DNA from: Lentisphaeria bacterium
Lineage (GTDB): Bacteria > Verrucomicrobiota > Lentisphaeria > JABSQK01 > JAWLHB01
DNA: 64,000 bases
Assembly (NCBI GenBank): GCA_041690595.1
Contig: JAWLHB010000019.1
Coordinates: 76,335 to 140,334 of the forward strand
Direction: 5' to 3'
Position numbers and translations under genes: made by a program. The notes below the pieces were generated by a model. It ran no database searches, had not been told where the DNA came from, and saw only the letters and a list, made by a program, of their open reading frames with translations. Positions 39,445 through 50,900 of the stretch are shown in pieces. Each line of letters opens with the position of its first letter. Position 1 is the stretch's first letter.

Positions 39445-40686
39445 TTAATGGTCAACCCGAAGGGCGGTCGCGGGATCCGTGCGGATCGCGTACCAGGCGG
39501 GGTACAACGAGCTGAGCAGCGTCGCGGCAACCGCCAGAAAGAAGGCCAGCGGCACCAGCCACCAGCCGAAATCGCTGTGGAATATCGGGTCGATCAGGAT
39601 GTTCGACATGGCGATCGAATCCATCTTCAGCAGCTTCCCGAAGTCGACCCCGAAAGTCGCCACGTACCAGGTGGCCGGAACCCCCAGCAGCAACGCCACC
39701 AGCCCGCCCGCGCTCCCCAGCAGCAGCGCCTCCGCGCTCATCACCCGCAGCAGGCGGTGCCCCGGCATTCCCAGCGCCGACAAGACCCCGAACTCCCGCC
39801 GTCGCTCCAGCACCGCCGCCAGCTGCGCACTGGCGATCCCCAGAAAGACCACCGTCATGATGATGATCACCACCAGCCTGGCCCAGATCTCGTCCACCTC
39901 CACCCCTGCCGAAAGCTCCGGCCGCAGCTCGTCCCACGTGAGCAGCGAAATTTCCTCGGGCAGCGCTGCCGCCACCTCGCCACCAAAGCCCTCCACCTCC
40001 CGCGCATCCACCAGAGTCACCGCGATCTCCCCCGCGCCGGCCCGTCCCGTCAGCCGCGCCACCTGCGCCAGCGCCACGTGGCAGATCGTGGCATCCAGCT
40101 CGCGGCTCCCCGTCGCCACGATGCCCTCGATACGCAGCATCGCACTCCGCATCTCTCCTTCATGATCCGAAACCGTCACCATCAGTGGATCCCCCACCTC
40201 CACCCGCAGCCGATCCGCCACTGCCTCCCCGATCACCGTCACCTCCTCATCGCCCGCTTTCAGATACCGCCCTGCCACCACCCGCCGCACCAACCGGTTG
40301 CCGAGCGGTTCAGCCCGCGGATCGACCCCGACCATCTCGATGGCGGCCACCTGTGTGCCGAAGGCCAGCAGCGCGTCGACCCGCGCCCGAGGCGTCGCCA
40401 CGCGAACCCGCGGCTCCGCCCGCAGCCGCGCCAGGATCCCCTCCCACCCATCGATCCGAAAATCGTTGGTGCGAATCGGAATCCATCCTTCCGGCACGAT
40501 GCTGAAGTGCCCGCTGCCGCTCGCCGCCGCCGCATTCATCATCATCCTGCGCTCCCCACGCACCCAGCCGATCACGAAGAGGCAGATGGCGCAGCCAAGG
40601 CCGATGCCAAAGATCGAAAGCATCGTCCGGCGACTGTGGCGGCGCAGACTCCGCAACGCATATCGGGCTGCAATCGAGTGACTCAT
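39445..40686 (-). CDS. ABC transporter permease (LolE/FtsX family)
   Basis: N-terminal TM, periplasmic domain, ERRREFGVLSALG, YPAWYA. Start MSHSIA overlaps the upstream stop. Confidence 0.9.
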   Translation of the reverse strand: MSHSIAARYALRSLRRHSRRTMLSIFGIGLGCAICLFVIGWVRGERRMMMNAAAASGSGHFSIVPEGWIPIRTNDFRIDGWEGILARLRAEPRVRVATPRARVDALLAFGTQVAAIEMVGVDPRAEPLGNRLVRRVVAGRYLKAGDEEVTVIGEAVADRLRVEVGDPLMVTVSDHEGEMRSAMLRIEGIVATGSRELDATICHVALAQVARLTGRAGAGEIAVTLVDAREVEGFGGEVAAALPEEISLLTWDELRPELSAGVEVDEIWARLVVIIIMTVVFLGIASAQLAAVLERRREFGVLSALGMPGHRLLRVMSAEALLLGSAGGLVALLLGVPATWYVATFGVDFGKLLKMDSIAMSNILIDPIFHSDFGWWLVPLAFFLAVAATLLSSLYPAWYAIRTDPATALRVDH

Positions 40687-41912
40687 GCGCGCATCGCCTC
40701 CACCGGTTCCAGCCGGCTCGCCAGCGCCGCCGGCCACAGCGACGCCACCAGCGACGTCAGCAGGATGGCGAAAAGTCCGATCAGCGCGTTCCGCCAATCC
40801 ATGCGCGGATGCACATGCAGCGGCAGATTGAGCCCCTTGATCGCAAGGTCCTGCACCTCCGCTCTGCCCCACATCGCGAAGTCGATCCCTCCCCCCTGCG
40901 TCAGCAGCACAAAGAGGTAGCCCGCCACCGTACCCGCCACCACCCCGACAACCCCGATCAGCATCGCCTCCGCCATGATCATCCGCCGCAGCCGTCGCGG
41001 CGTACATCCAAGCGCCAGCAGCATACCCAGCTCATGGCTTCGCTCGAAGGTCGACATCATCAGCGTATTCGCAATCCCCGCAATCGCCGCCACAAAGACC
41101 AGCAGCAGCACCACCAGCCCCACAAAGTCGCTCATTCGCAGCATCAGCTCGAACTCCGGCACCACCTCCATCCACGGCGTCACCTCCAGCCCCGCCAGCC
41201 CCGGATCCGCCGCCAGCCTGGCCGCCAGTTCACGCGCGATCCCGCTGCGCCGCGCCCGCACCACGATCTCGTGCGCCGCCCCCGGCATGTAGAAAAGCTC
41301 CTGCGCATCCTCCAGCCGCATCACGATCCCCGTCTGGTTGACCAGATCGACCGGGCTCCGGATGATCTCCTGAACGATGTACAGGTCATTCGCCAGCGCC
41401 CCATTCGGCGCCTGCCCGATGATCGCGATCTCCTGCCCCACCTCCGTCTGCATCCGCCGCGCCAGCCGATATCCCAGCAGCACATGCATCGGCCGTAACG
41501 CCTCGCGATTCCCCGACAGCATCCCGAAGTCGACTGATTCCCGCGCCACGTCCACCCCCACCACGATAGCGCTGAACGCATCCTGAACCGGCGCCGTCAG
41601 AACCGGTGCATAGAGTCGCGGCGCCGCATTCGCCACCTCCGCGTGAGCCTCGATCACCGCCACCCGAGGCGCCACATCCACGATCTCCTGATCGATCGCC
41701 CGATCCTCCCGCCACTCCGGTGCATGAAGCTGCACATGCCCCACCAGCGGACCCGTCACCGCCCGCCGGATGTTGTCGGCGTACCCGAGCATGATCGCCG
41801 AGGTCGCCAGCAGGGCAAACTGACCCACCCCGATGGCCATCACCGTCAGCGCGGTGCGCCACCGATTTCGTCCCAGGTTGCGCCAGGCGATACGAAGCGT
41901 GCTTCTCTCCAT
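40683..41912 (-). CDS. ABC transporter permease (LolE/FtsX family)
   Basis: AWRNLGRNRWRT, FERSHELGMLLALG, PAALASRLEPVEAMR. Confidence 0.92.
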   Translation of the reverse strand: MERSTLRIAWRNLGRNRWRTALTVMAIGVGQFALLATSAIMLGYADNIRRAVTGPLVGHVQLHAPEWREDRAIDQEIVDVAPRVAVIEAHAEVANAAPRLYAPVLTAPVQDAFSAIVVGVDVARESVDFGMLSGNREALRPMHVLLGYRLARRMQTEVGQEIAIIGQAPNGALANDLYIVQEIIRSPVDLVNQTGIVMRLEDAQELFYMPGAAHEIVVRARRSGIARELAARLAADPGLAGLEVTPWMEVVPEFELMLRMSDFVGLVVLLLVFVAAIAGIANTLMMSTFERSHELGMLLALGCTPRRLRRMIMAEAMLIGVVGVVAGTVAGYLFVLLTQGGGIDFAMWGRAEVQDLAIKGLNLPLHVHPRMDWRNALIGLFAILLTSLVASLWPAALASRLEPVEAMRA

Positions 41913-41916
41913 GGCA

Positions 41917-42696
41917 TCATCGATTCCGTTCGAGTTCCGAGAGGCTGAAGGTACTGGACGGGATCTCCACGTCGAAGTCGATCGAGAGGTACTCCAGAAT
42001 CGTCCGCTGGTTCTCCTGCCCCTCCGGCTCCAGCGTCATGCGCGTTGGCAGGCGGCGACCGTCCATCTCCTGCACATTGTCCCAGCTCATCGTCCGCGCC
42101 AGCCGTCCCCGGTGGTCAAAATACTTGGCATGGACAGGCAACTCCCCATCCGGCGAGACCACCAGCTCGATCCGTTGCCACAGCCCCACAATATCCGGCT
42201 TCGCCGTAAAGTGGATGAGCCAGCCGTCCGGCTCGTCGATCCGTCCCCTCAGTTCATAGGTGTAATCTTCGCTGAACGAAGCCTCCCGCACCAGATCGTC
42301 ATTGGTGAAGTCGCTCCCCATCCAGCTCTGCAGCATCATCGATGGCGGTATCCGAATGGTCCGCTTGATGCGCGGCAGATAATTCCACAGGTTCTTCTCC
42401 ACCTTCAGCGTCGCCGTCCCCCTCTCCCGCGGCGGATCCTGGATGACGATCAGCGACTTCTCCTTCCCTTCCGTCCAGCTCTTCATCCGCAACGACCGTT
42501 GCAGCCGCGGTCGCTCGATCGTCAACCGCGCTTCCGCGATGCTGCTCGTCGACCGATAGAGATCCTCGAAGTGGGCCACCACCTTATCCAGGTCCAGCGA
42601 CCCATCCGCCAGCCGAAACCTCTCGGGAATCTCCTCCCCCCTGGCGCCGCTCCCAAGCAGTGCCACGCCAACAAACATCAACAAGAACCACCGCAT
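41917..42696 (-). CDS. Outer-membrane lipoprotein-sorting protein (LolA-like)
   Basis: Signal peptide from MRWFLL; PPRERGTATL, LWNYLP, SWMGSDFTNDDL. The ORF-track N-extension is a repeat region. Confidence 0.88.
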   Translation of the reverse strand: MRWFLLMFVGVALLGSGARGEEIPERFRLADGSLDLDKVVAHFEDLYRSTSSIAEARLTIERPRLQRSLRMKSWTEGKEKSLIVIQDPPRERGTATLKVEKNLWNYLPRIKRTIRIPPSMMLQSWMGSDFTNDDLVREASFSEDYTYELRGRIDEPDGWLIHFTAKPDIVGLWQRIELVVSPDGELPVHAKYFDHRGRLARTMSWDNVQEMDGRRLPTRMTLEPEGQENQRTILEYLSIDFDVEIPSSTFSLSELERNR

Positions 42697-42834
42697 GCCC
42701 CTTCTCCACTTCAGATTTACACGATCCCCTACCGTACAGTTGCCCTCTCCCCCATACAATACCCCAGTACGCGCATCCCATCCCTCCCGACAACGCCACC
42801 CGCCCGAATCCGTTTCCGCGATGCCACCCACTCG

Positions 42835-43200
42835 CGTCCGTTTCGTCCGTTTCGTCCGTTTCCAACGTGCCTCCTTCCACATTCCTGAGTGGCCTCTTGC
42901 GCATGGCCATCTCCCAAAACCTCGATTTCCCGAAAACGTCCATGCTCCTCGGCGGACCACCTTTCGCCTCGTTCCCTCCCCAAAACCTCGGTCCAATCCT
43001 CGGTCCCGCCCCCCCATCCTGCGCACGCCATTCGCCTGAGTGGCCGCCTCCTGTGCGTCGCCTGAAAACCTCGGTCGAGAACACGTCGCCTGCTCCCCAG
43101 CGCCAGCCTGCAGCCTCAATCCGCCGTCCGACCCGTCCGACCCGTCCGACTCGTCCGACCCCCTGCATGCACGCCACTCCCCCACCAAAACCTCGGTCCT
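42835..43200. repeat. Intergenic repeat-rich tract
   Basis: (CGTCCGTTT)x3 at 42835, (CCGTCCGAC)x4 at 43124, three AAAACCTCGGTC copies, and a solo REP-like GCACGCCATTCGCCTGAGTGGCC at ~43023. Confidence 0.8.
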
Positions 43201-43532
43201 GGCAGCCAAAGCTCACCGGCACCACCCGGGCACAATTACGTGCCCTCACTATAACCATCCCTCCGAAAAAAAGGCCCTCACCAACATATCAGCAATAACT
43301 CGAAAGTCAAGCGAGAAGGCCAACGTTTCTATCGAAATCGACTTCTAAAGTTCTCAAACTTTCTTAGTATTGTTGGCGGACAGGCCTAACCGTCCCCCCA
43401 ACCATTGCATCCGCTCAACTCGCTGGTGCTTCCACACCGCGGGCGCACGCATTTCCGGATGCTTTGCTTATCAATCGTCAGATCGGTTAACAAATCACCA
43501 TAACGAAAGTACTTTCGTTACCTGGGAAGGCG

Positions 43533-43570
43533 AAGACAACGCGACCTGAGTCTATCCTCAGCCTGTCGCG
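43533..43570 (-). terminator. Possible terminator hairpin after the 43594 gene
   Basis: Minus strand CGCGAC-AGG-CTGAG-loop-CTCAG-GTCGCG followed by TTGTCTT; weak U tail. Confidence 0.45.
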
Positions 43571-43593
43571 GGATCACCGCGTGCTCGCGCCCT

Positions 43594-45921
43594 TCAACCC
43601 ACGCTCGTCAGTCGCACGAAAGCCACGCGCGCCACCTGCTCAAGCGGTACGATGATCGTCGCTCCGTCGCCATCGCGCAGAACCGGCAGGCTCAACGGCT
43701 CCGGCAGATCTGGGCTGAAGAGCTGGGCATCGTCGATCTCCGGTTCGCGCACGCTCAGGCGCACCTCCCCGGTCAAACCCGGGTAGGCCGGTTGGGCCGT
43801 GCGATGCAGCCAATCGCCATGCCGATGAAGCGCACCCGTCATGTTCAGCAGGGTCACCAGCCGATCGCCACGGTCGCTGGTGTCGCCAGGATCCGGCGCC
43901 AGGCGATGCAACTCGCAAAGCACCCCCTCCGGCAGACCGTCCACTCTCACGCGCGGCCGCGGCAGGAAATGGCGCACCGCATTCACGATCAGCCGCTGAT
44001 ACCCGTCGAGCCCCTCGTCCACATACATCCACTTGCCGTTGGCAGGCGTCCCCTTGCTCTCCGTGATCATCCAGCAGCTCTCGTCCTTTCGCACATCCTC
44101 GATTACGCGCTCATGCTGCGGATCCGTAAACCAGATCGGAAAGCCCCCTTCGCGGTAAGCCAGGCTGCCGACCATCGGCATCAGGTACAGCACCTGACCG
44201 TCACCAACCTCGTTCTCCACGATCGCGGGCGTTGCCGGCCACTCAAAGGATCGCCGACTCTTCTCCAGCCACGCAAACGCCCGTCGCCCGCTCGTCTCCC
44301 CATCCCAACGCAGCGGCACCATCGTTGGCATCGGCAGCCGCGGCGGCAGATCCGCCCCCACGGGATGCCCCACTCGCCGCCGGTCCAGGCAAAGCGACGA
44401 CCGCAACGTCGGCGGCCGATCCCCCACGTGTACGCCCAAGATCTCCGCCAGGCCAAAGTCGCCCCTCGGAGCGCCACGCTCATCCAGCAACGAGCTGCGA
44501 TGCGTCGCGATCAGGCGCCCACCCGAGCGGACGTAGTCGCCAAGCACCGCCACCTGCCGATCCGATAGCGACATCGCGTTCGGCAGGATCAGCACCGCGA
44601 TCCCCTTGAGCCACGTCACATCCTCAAGGTCCGCATCGATCAGCACATTGAAAAAGATGCCCGCCCGCTGAAGGCTCTGCGCCCATCCCGCAAAGGCTTC
44701 CCCATGCGGCTGCGGATCCGCTCCCCCGTGGATTTTGCTCTGCAGCGAGAAGAGCAATCCCACTTCCGCAACCGGCCGGCAGTAACGCCAGAGCCCTTCG
44801 TGCCGTGCCTCCCAGTTCAGGTAGTCGTATTGCGGCTCCCATTCCGCGAACTCGTCCCCGTACTTGGGCCCTCCATACAGGTTCGAATCGCACCGCCACA
44901 GGTTCATCCCCATACACTTGGTGATCGCCCACGCGAACCAGCCGTCATCCGCATTCCCCGGATAGTGCATCTGCAGCGACGGTTGCTGATGATGCGCCGC
45001 GATCCCCCCGGCGTACTTCTTCTCCACGTACAGCCGCTCCCAGTTGTCGAAGAGATTGCGATCCCACTTCAGCTCGTTCCGGCAGTAAAGCGCTCCCCCC
45101 TCACTGAAAAGGCAATTCGTGCCCCGCGAAAACCACTCGAAGCTGCCACCCCCATGGTGCACATCGTCGATCCCAATCACCCCAGCCGACATGCAGCTGA
45201 AGTAAAGAAAATCCGTCGGCAGCTTCTCCCGCAGCGCCACGATCCGCTCCCCCGCCGACTCCACCCGGAAGCGAATCCAGTCCCGCCAGATCGCGCTGGC
45301 GTAGTCGTCCAGAGGCCACTCCCCCGGCTTCGGCATTTCGTAGCCGAACCTCTCCGCGAACTTGCTCCGGCAATGCCGGCAGCCGCACCCGTACTGCCCG
45401 CGATGGAAGTGAACGTCATCGTACATCAGCCCGTCAACCCCCGTCTTGGCGATCAGATCCAGCACGTAATGGTCATAGTGCTCCTGATACTCCGGGTTGT
45501 TGATGCAGATCAGCTTCGGCTTCCCCTTCGGCAGCGGAAGCCCCGTCCGGATGTCGACATTGACCGCGCTCTGCGGATCCCACCCACGGTAACGCCCCTC
45601 GATCTCATGCCACAATCCATTCGACGAATGATGGTCGTACACCCGCAGCCCCGCCGCATGCGCCGCCGCCGTGATCCGCGCATTCAGCTCCGTGATCCGC
45701 TCCAGATACGGAATCCACATGAAGCGCGCATGGAAGCCCGCCGTCTGGATCAGGTTGATACCCCGCTCCGCAAACCGCTCCACCCCCTCCCGGATCTGCG
45801 CATCGCTCATCTCCAGCAACGCCAGTTGCCCGCCATCGATTCCCTCTCCGGGAAATACCGCGGCACGCATCGACCACGCCCACAACGGCGCGTGCGGAAA
45901 ACCATTTGGCGCATTCGACAT
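43594..45921 (-). CDS. Putative glycoside hydrolase (TIM barrel plus beta-galactosidase trimerisation-like domain)
   Basis: CINNPEY, VDGLMYDD, CGCRHCRSKF, WRDWIRFR, ILPNAMSLSD..YVRSGGRLIAT. No signal peptide. Confidence 0.7.
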   Translation of the reverse strand: MSNAPNGFPHAPLWAWSMRAAVFPGEGIDGGQLALLEMSDAQIREGVERFAERGINLIQTAGFHARFMWIPYLERITELNARITAAAHAAGLRVYDHHSSNGLWHEIEGRYRGWDPQSAVNVDIRTGLPLPKGKPKLICINNPEYQEHYDHYVLDLIAKTGVDGLMYDDVHFHRGQYGCGCRHCRSKFAERFGYEMPKPGEWPLDDYASAIWRDWIRFRVESAGERIVALREKLPTDFLYFSCMSAGVIGIDDVHHGGGSFEWFSRGTNCLFSEGGALYCRNELKWDRNLFDNWERLYVEKKYAGGIAAHHQQPSLQMHYPGNADDGWFAWAITKCMGMNLWRCDSNLYGGPKYGDEFAEWEPQYDYLNWEARHEGLWRYCRPVAEVGLLFSLQSKIHGGADPQPHGEAFAGWAQSLQRAGIFFNVLIDADLEDVTWLKGIAVLILPNAMSLSDRQVAVLGDYVRSGGRLIATHRSSLLDERGAPRGDFGLAEILGVHVGDRPPTLRSSLCLDRRRVGHPVGADLPPRLPMPTMVPLRWDGETSGRRAFAWLEKSRRSFEWPATPAIVENEVGDGQVLYLMPMVGSLAYREGGFPIWFTDPQHERVIEDVRKDESCWMITESKGTPANGKWMYVDEGLDGYQRLIVNAVRHFLPRPRVRVDGLPEGVLCELHRLAPDPGDTSDRGDRLVTLLNMTGALHRHGDWLHRTAQPAYPGLTGEVRLSVREPEIDDAQLFSPDLPEPLSLPVLRDGDGATIIVPLEQVARVAFVRLTSVG

Positions 45922-45922
45922 C

Positions 45923-47983
45923 TCAGCGGATTTCCTTCAGATGATGGTGCAGCTCGACCGTCGCCTCCGCCAGCGCCCGCCGCACCGTCGGAAGGCTCTC
46001 CGGACGCAGGCTGTTGAGATAATGAAACCAGGCGCCGCCGATGCCGCCGAAATGGCTCTGCCGCACCTCACGCGCCCGCGTCAGCGCCCCATCCAGCTCC
46101 GCCGGTGCATCGGCCATCGCGAGGCGCTCTCCGGCTGCCGCCATCGCCCGATCCAGCGCCTGCAGATAGCGGACATCGTCGACACCTTCCCGAAACGCTT
46201 CCCAGCGCAGCGAAGGAATCGGCCGCCCCTCCTCATCCGGATAGCTCACGGCATGCATATGGCGATCCCCCGCGTAAACCGTCTCGGTAGTCGAATCCGC
46301 ATAGCCCCAGGGTGCCGTCCCCGCGAAGCCGGCGGCGCTGTTGTAGAGACCCGCCAGGGCTCGATAGTAGCGCGGATACGCCACCGAGGTCACCCAGTAC
46401 GAAATCGGCACGAAGCCCTGCTCCCGTGCATAAGCCGCTGCTCCGCTGTTTGCATGAAAGACATAGATGTTGAGCACCGGCCGATCAATCACATCCCGCA
46501 GCGCTTCCCACGCCCGCTGGCTGTTCAGCGCCGTGAACATATGAAGCCCCGCCTTCAGCCGCCGCTCCGCTTCCTTGCGGCAACGCTCCACCGCCTCCCC
46601 ATGCGGTTCGTCGATCCCATAGTAATAAAGATCTGGAAAGCCCAACTCCTGAGCCGCCTTCACCTGCTCCGGCGCCTGCGAACTCGGCCACCCCATGATC
46701 ACCGGCGACTCCGTCATGCCCCCCCGCCGGGCCAACTCCAGCGTCCCCAGTCCCCCATAGAGCGTCACCCCGTTACAGCCATGCCGCACCTGATCCTCCA
46801 ACTCCGCCAGATATCGCTCCTCCGTGATGTAGTTGGCCCGATCGGCATGCACCGTCTGCGCCGGATAATAGACGCCGTACCATCCCTCCACCGGCAGCAG
46901 CTCCATCGCCAGCACCTCCAACTCCACCGGCACCCGCAGCACCCCGCGCTCTCCTTCCAGCACCAGCATCCCCTCATAGAGCCCCGGCGGCGACCCCTCC
47001 GGCACCTCGATCACCAAGTGAAACTGTCGGCTCGTATGCGCCCCCAGCGCCGTCCGGCAACTACCACCGCCGAATCCGCCCTGCTTGCCCGTCGGCGGCA
47101 ACGCCGTCCGGTCGTCACGAAGAAGCAGGTCCGCCATCAGCCCCGGCCGTGCCTTCCCCTCATACAGCGCCATGATGCGCTCCCGAAGGTGCACTACCCG
47201 CGCATCGATCCGCGACGCCGCGATCTCCACCCCATCCGGGCCCCGCAGCCGCTCCAGGCTGACCGAAAACTCTCCCGTCTCCACAAGCGCCCGCACGCCA
47301 AACGCCGCGCTCACCCCCTGCCCGGCAGCGCCCCACATCCGCAGCACCGTCAGCAGCTCTTCCGGTTTCGGCACAAAGTCATTCAAGTGCTCCGACGCAT
47401 CCTCCAACCGGGCAACCACGAAACCATGCTCGCCAGCCGCATCCCGCAGCGCCGAATCGTCCCGATAGCTCCGCGTTGCGCTTCGCACCGGCTCCTCCAG
47501 CGGCGGCGGCAGCGTCGCTCCTTCCGGCTCCAGCTCGCTATCCAGCGTCAGCAGCACCGCATCCAGCATCCCCCCGCCAACTTCGATATCCAGATGATAC
47601 GCCCCCGCCGTCAGGCTGATCCGCCCCAAATGCTGCCAGACATACCACGCCCCGCCCGCGCCTCCGCGACCCGCGCTCAGCGGCTGCTCGTCCACCAGCA
47701 CCCGCACCGAGCCATAGCCCCCATACTTGCGGCACCACACATGGTACTCCCCCTCCTCTGGAACCTCCACGATCCACGTCAGCCGGCCCGTTCCCCACGC
47801 CGCCGCGCCTCCCAGCACCTCGCTCCCCCCATACTCGGAGCCATTCGGATAGAATCCCCAGGCCGGCATCAGCGCACGGCCCGTTGTCCACAGAATGCCC
47901 GCTTCATCGTCGGCCGCGGGGGCATGCAGCGCCAGGCACAGCGCCAGTACACAGCCCATCCTCGCCAGTCTGAAACTCCTCAT
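45923..47983 (-). CDS. Secreted DUF4091/GH123-like glycoside hydrolase-like protein
   Basis: Signal peptide, N-terminal beta-sandwich, YYYGIDEP, C-terminal PSLRWEAFREGVDDVRY. Confidence 0.7.
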   Translation of the reverse strand: MRSFRLARMGCVLALCLALHAPAADDEAGILWTTGRALMPAWGFYPNGSEYGGSEVLGGAAAWGTGRLTWIVEVPEEGEYHVWCRKYGGYGSVRVLVDEQPLSAGRGGAGGAWYVWQHLGRISLTAGAYHLDIEVGGGMLDAVLLTLDSELEPEGATLPPPLEEPVRSATRSYRDDSALRDAAGEHGFVVARLEDASEHLNDFVPKPEELLTVLRMWGAAGQGVSAAFGVRALVETGEFSVSLERLRGPDGVEIAASRIDARVVHLRERIMALYEGKARPGLMADLLLRDDRTALPPTGKQGGFGGGSCRTALGAHTSRQFHLVIEVPEGSPPGLYEGMLVLEGERGVLRVPVELEVLAMELLPVEGWYGVYYPAQTVHADRANYITEERYLAELEDQVRHGCNGVTLYGGLGTLELARRGGMTESPVIMGWPSSQAPEQVKAAQELGFPDLYYYGIDEPHGEAVERCRKEAERRLKAGLHMFTALNSQRAWEALRDVIDRPVLNIYVFHANSGAAAYAREQGFVPISYWVTSVAYPRYYRALAGLYNSAAGFAGTAPWGYADSTTETVYAGDRHMHAVSYPDEEGRPIPSLRWEAFREGVDDVRYLQALDRAMAAAGERLAMADAPAELDGALTRAREVRQSHFGGIGGAWFHYLNSLRPESLPTVRRALAEATVELHHHLKEIR

Positions 47984-50900
47984 TGCGCCGCTCCGGTCGA
48001 CGGTTCGCCTGCACCAGCGCTCAGAATAAGCCGCGCAAAGTTGAGGGCATTCCATTGCCAGTCTTCCCGATCCGAGGAGAAGGCGAAGCCCTGACGTCTG
48101 CCGCTGTTGATGAGGTCCAGATTGAAGCCGACATCCGCACCCGCCAGCGGCGCCACCAGGATATCCCGCAAGGGGATCGCCACCTCCATCGTATAGCCGC
48201 CATCGATCTCGCGCACCGCACTCCGCACCGACGCCGCCGAGAAGCCCGAAGGTCCCGTTCCATACTTGCGGCCGGTGATGCTCACCAGCAGCGCATTCTG
48301 CCCGGCATTGTACTTCGCGTCATACAAGGCGCCGCCCACGGTCAGGGGCGCGGTGTTCGCCGCGTTGATCACCAGATTGATCCCATCATAGTTCCAGACC
48401 CAGTTGAAGTCGCCCCCCAGCTCTTCCGTTCGCCGTGGCGTCTCATCCCGCGCGATCACCAGCAGATATAGATGCTCGTCATCCCATTGAAAGGCAAAGT
48501 CGCCGCCGCTGCTCTCCGTGCCCTTCACCGAGTACCGCGGCACGTGCCGCCATTCCTCCGCCACCCCATCGATCGTCACGCCAGTAGTCGCCCGGATCGC
48601 CTCGACTCGGTCCTGAGGATACGCAAACGGCGCCGTGAAGCCGCGCAAGCCAACCGCCTTCTCCATCAAGAGACCCGCCCGCTCGTAATAGCCCATCGAC
48701 GCCGCCTGCAGCGAAGCGCTCATCAGCGCCAGCGCCTCCGCCCGAACGGGCGCCGACAGCCTGCCACCTTCCAGCCTCGCCTTGGCCATCTCCCACTCAC
48801 CATGGCTCCACCCGCTTTGTCCCGCCTCGCGCGCCTGCCGAGGCGTGACACTCCCGCTGCCCACAAGCTCCGCATGGCCCAGCATCAGAATCGTTCCCTC
48901 CCCCGGCGCCAGCCGCAGGCGGATGATCGTCGCCCCTTCCTCAAGCTCCACCGGCACCCGCCAGTCGCCGTACAGCGTCCTCTCCGTCACCTGCCGATAG
49001 CGCCCCTCCACCGTCAACTTCTCCTCCAGCGTATCCCGTACCGATTGGTTGACGACCGCCAGGTACAGTCGCCCGTGCAGATCGCGTCGCGGCACCACAT
49101 GAAAGCCGTCATCCAGCGTCTTGCGCACCAGCGGCGTCACCCGCTGCGCCACCTGGTTGAGCACGTACTGCCGGAGGCCGTTCTTCCCCAGCGGCCCCGT
49201 CGCCACCAGCACCTTGCCTTTCCCAAGCCGCCCCTCGTACACTATCGGCGTCCCATCCGCCAGGCTCAGGTCCACCCTGGCCTTCGGCTCCTCGGCCCCT
49301 TCCACCTTCCAGAACCAGCCGCCGAAATGGCTGCTCGCATAGTCGCCGAGCGACCGCAGATAGTCGATCGAGTCGCTGCTCAGCCGATTCTCCGTCAGCC
49401 GTTCATGCCCGCCATACGAGAACGTCACCTCTCCCAGAGCCTCCTGAAGAAGCGTCTTCAACGGCCTTCCGTACTCATCGAAGGCGCCTACCGGCCCGGA
49501 GCTGATCAGGATGCCTCCCCGCTTCACCCACTCCGCGATCTCCGTCGCCACGTCCGGCTTCAGCCAGGCCGCCCACGGCGCGATCAGCACCCGCAGAGAG
49601 TAGAGATCCTCCCGCCCATCCCCGATCGCATCCTCGTGCACCACCCGATACCCGTAGTCCGAATGGTAGAACCACCCGTGCATCGGCAGCATCTCATGCT
49701 CGAACTCGTTGTACGGCCAACTGTTGATGAAGGTGGTCGGCGAGTACAGCAGCCCCACTTGCGCATCCACCACCTGCGTCTTCCGGATCACCGAATCGTA
49801 AAGATCCGACTTCTGTCTGACTATCCGCAACGCCGCTCCGGAGCTGCTCACTGGCGACACGAAATCCGAGTCGTACAGGTACGGCCCACCATACGAATAC
49901 GCCCGGAACATCGATATCTGCGATCCCCAGAACATGAAGAGACGCACATTGTAGAACGTCTGCAGCAGCAGGTGCTGTTCCGCCGCCGCACGCAGCTCTT
50001 CCATCCCCACGAAGCCGCCATAGTACGGCCCATAGATGTTGACCTCACCGTCCGATATCGGCGTGCCACTGTATTTCGACAGCGCGAGCTGCCACATCCG
50101 CTGCGCATCCTGGCCCAGCGACCCCGTGTGCACGCCGGCAATGTCCGCCGCGTCGAAAAGCGCCAGCTGGTCCATGCCATGCCGCGGCAGGTAGTCGTAC
50201 CGGCCCCAGCCCTCCAGCCACATGCTGGCCTCCGGATCGGCCTCCTTCAGGTGCTTCTTCGCCTCCACCCACCATTGCGTAAAGCTTTCCCGCCGGAACG
50301 CCTCGAAGGTATAGGTCAACCCGCTTGCCTGCGTCCGCAACACCTCACCTGCCGGCGGCGGCGGTTCGATCGCCGCAAACGACCCATACTCCGCGCCCCA
50401 GCTCGCGTTCAAGCTCTCGATGCTGCCGTATCGCTCCTCCAGGTAGCGGCGGAAAGCGCTTCTGGCCGACTGGCTGTACCCTGTCCCTCCATTCAGCTCC
50501 GTCCAGCAGTAAAGTTTCTGAATGTACGGCTTGTCCTTCAGTTCCCCCGCGAGCGCCCCGATCGAGCGGTGAAAGTACGCCGCTGCATCCGGATTCCAGA
50601 TGTTCCACAAGTACTTGCGCTCGTTGCCCTTGGCGTCCACGTCCCAAAGGCCATCCGCCGACTTCTTTTTCAGCCACGCCGGCGCCCAGGAGAGCGATGT
50701 CACATGATGCTCGTGGTGCCCCACCAGCGGCGCTACGTCCCACCCGTTCGCTCGCAGATTCCGCAGACGGTTCCGCAGATGCGCCAGACCCGCCGCGACG
50801 GGCTTCCCCTCCTCGTCGACCGCCAACGAACCGCCGAGGTACCCCATGGTCTCCACCCCGAATATCGACAGATACCTGCCGTTGGCATTGTACGGGTCGC

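Noticed and set aside
42697..43298. N-terminal extension of the LolA-like ORF and overlapping small ORFs
   Set aside because: Translations of 9-mer tandem repeats; the real signal peptide starts at 42696.
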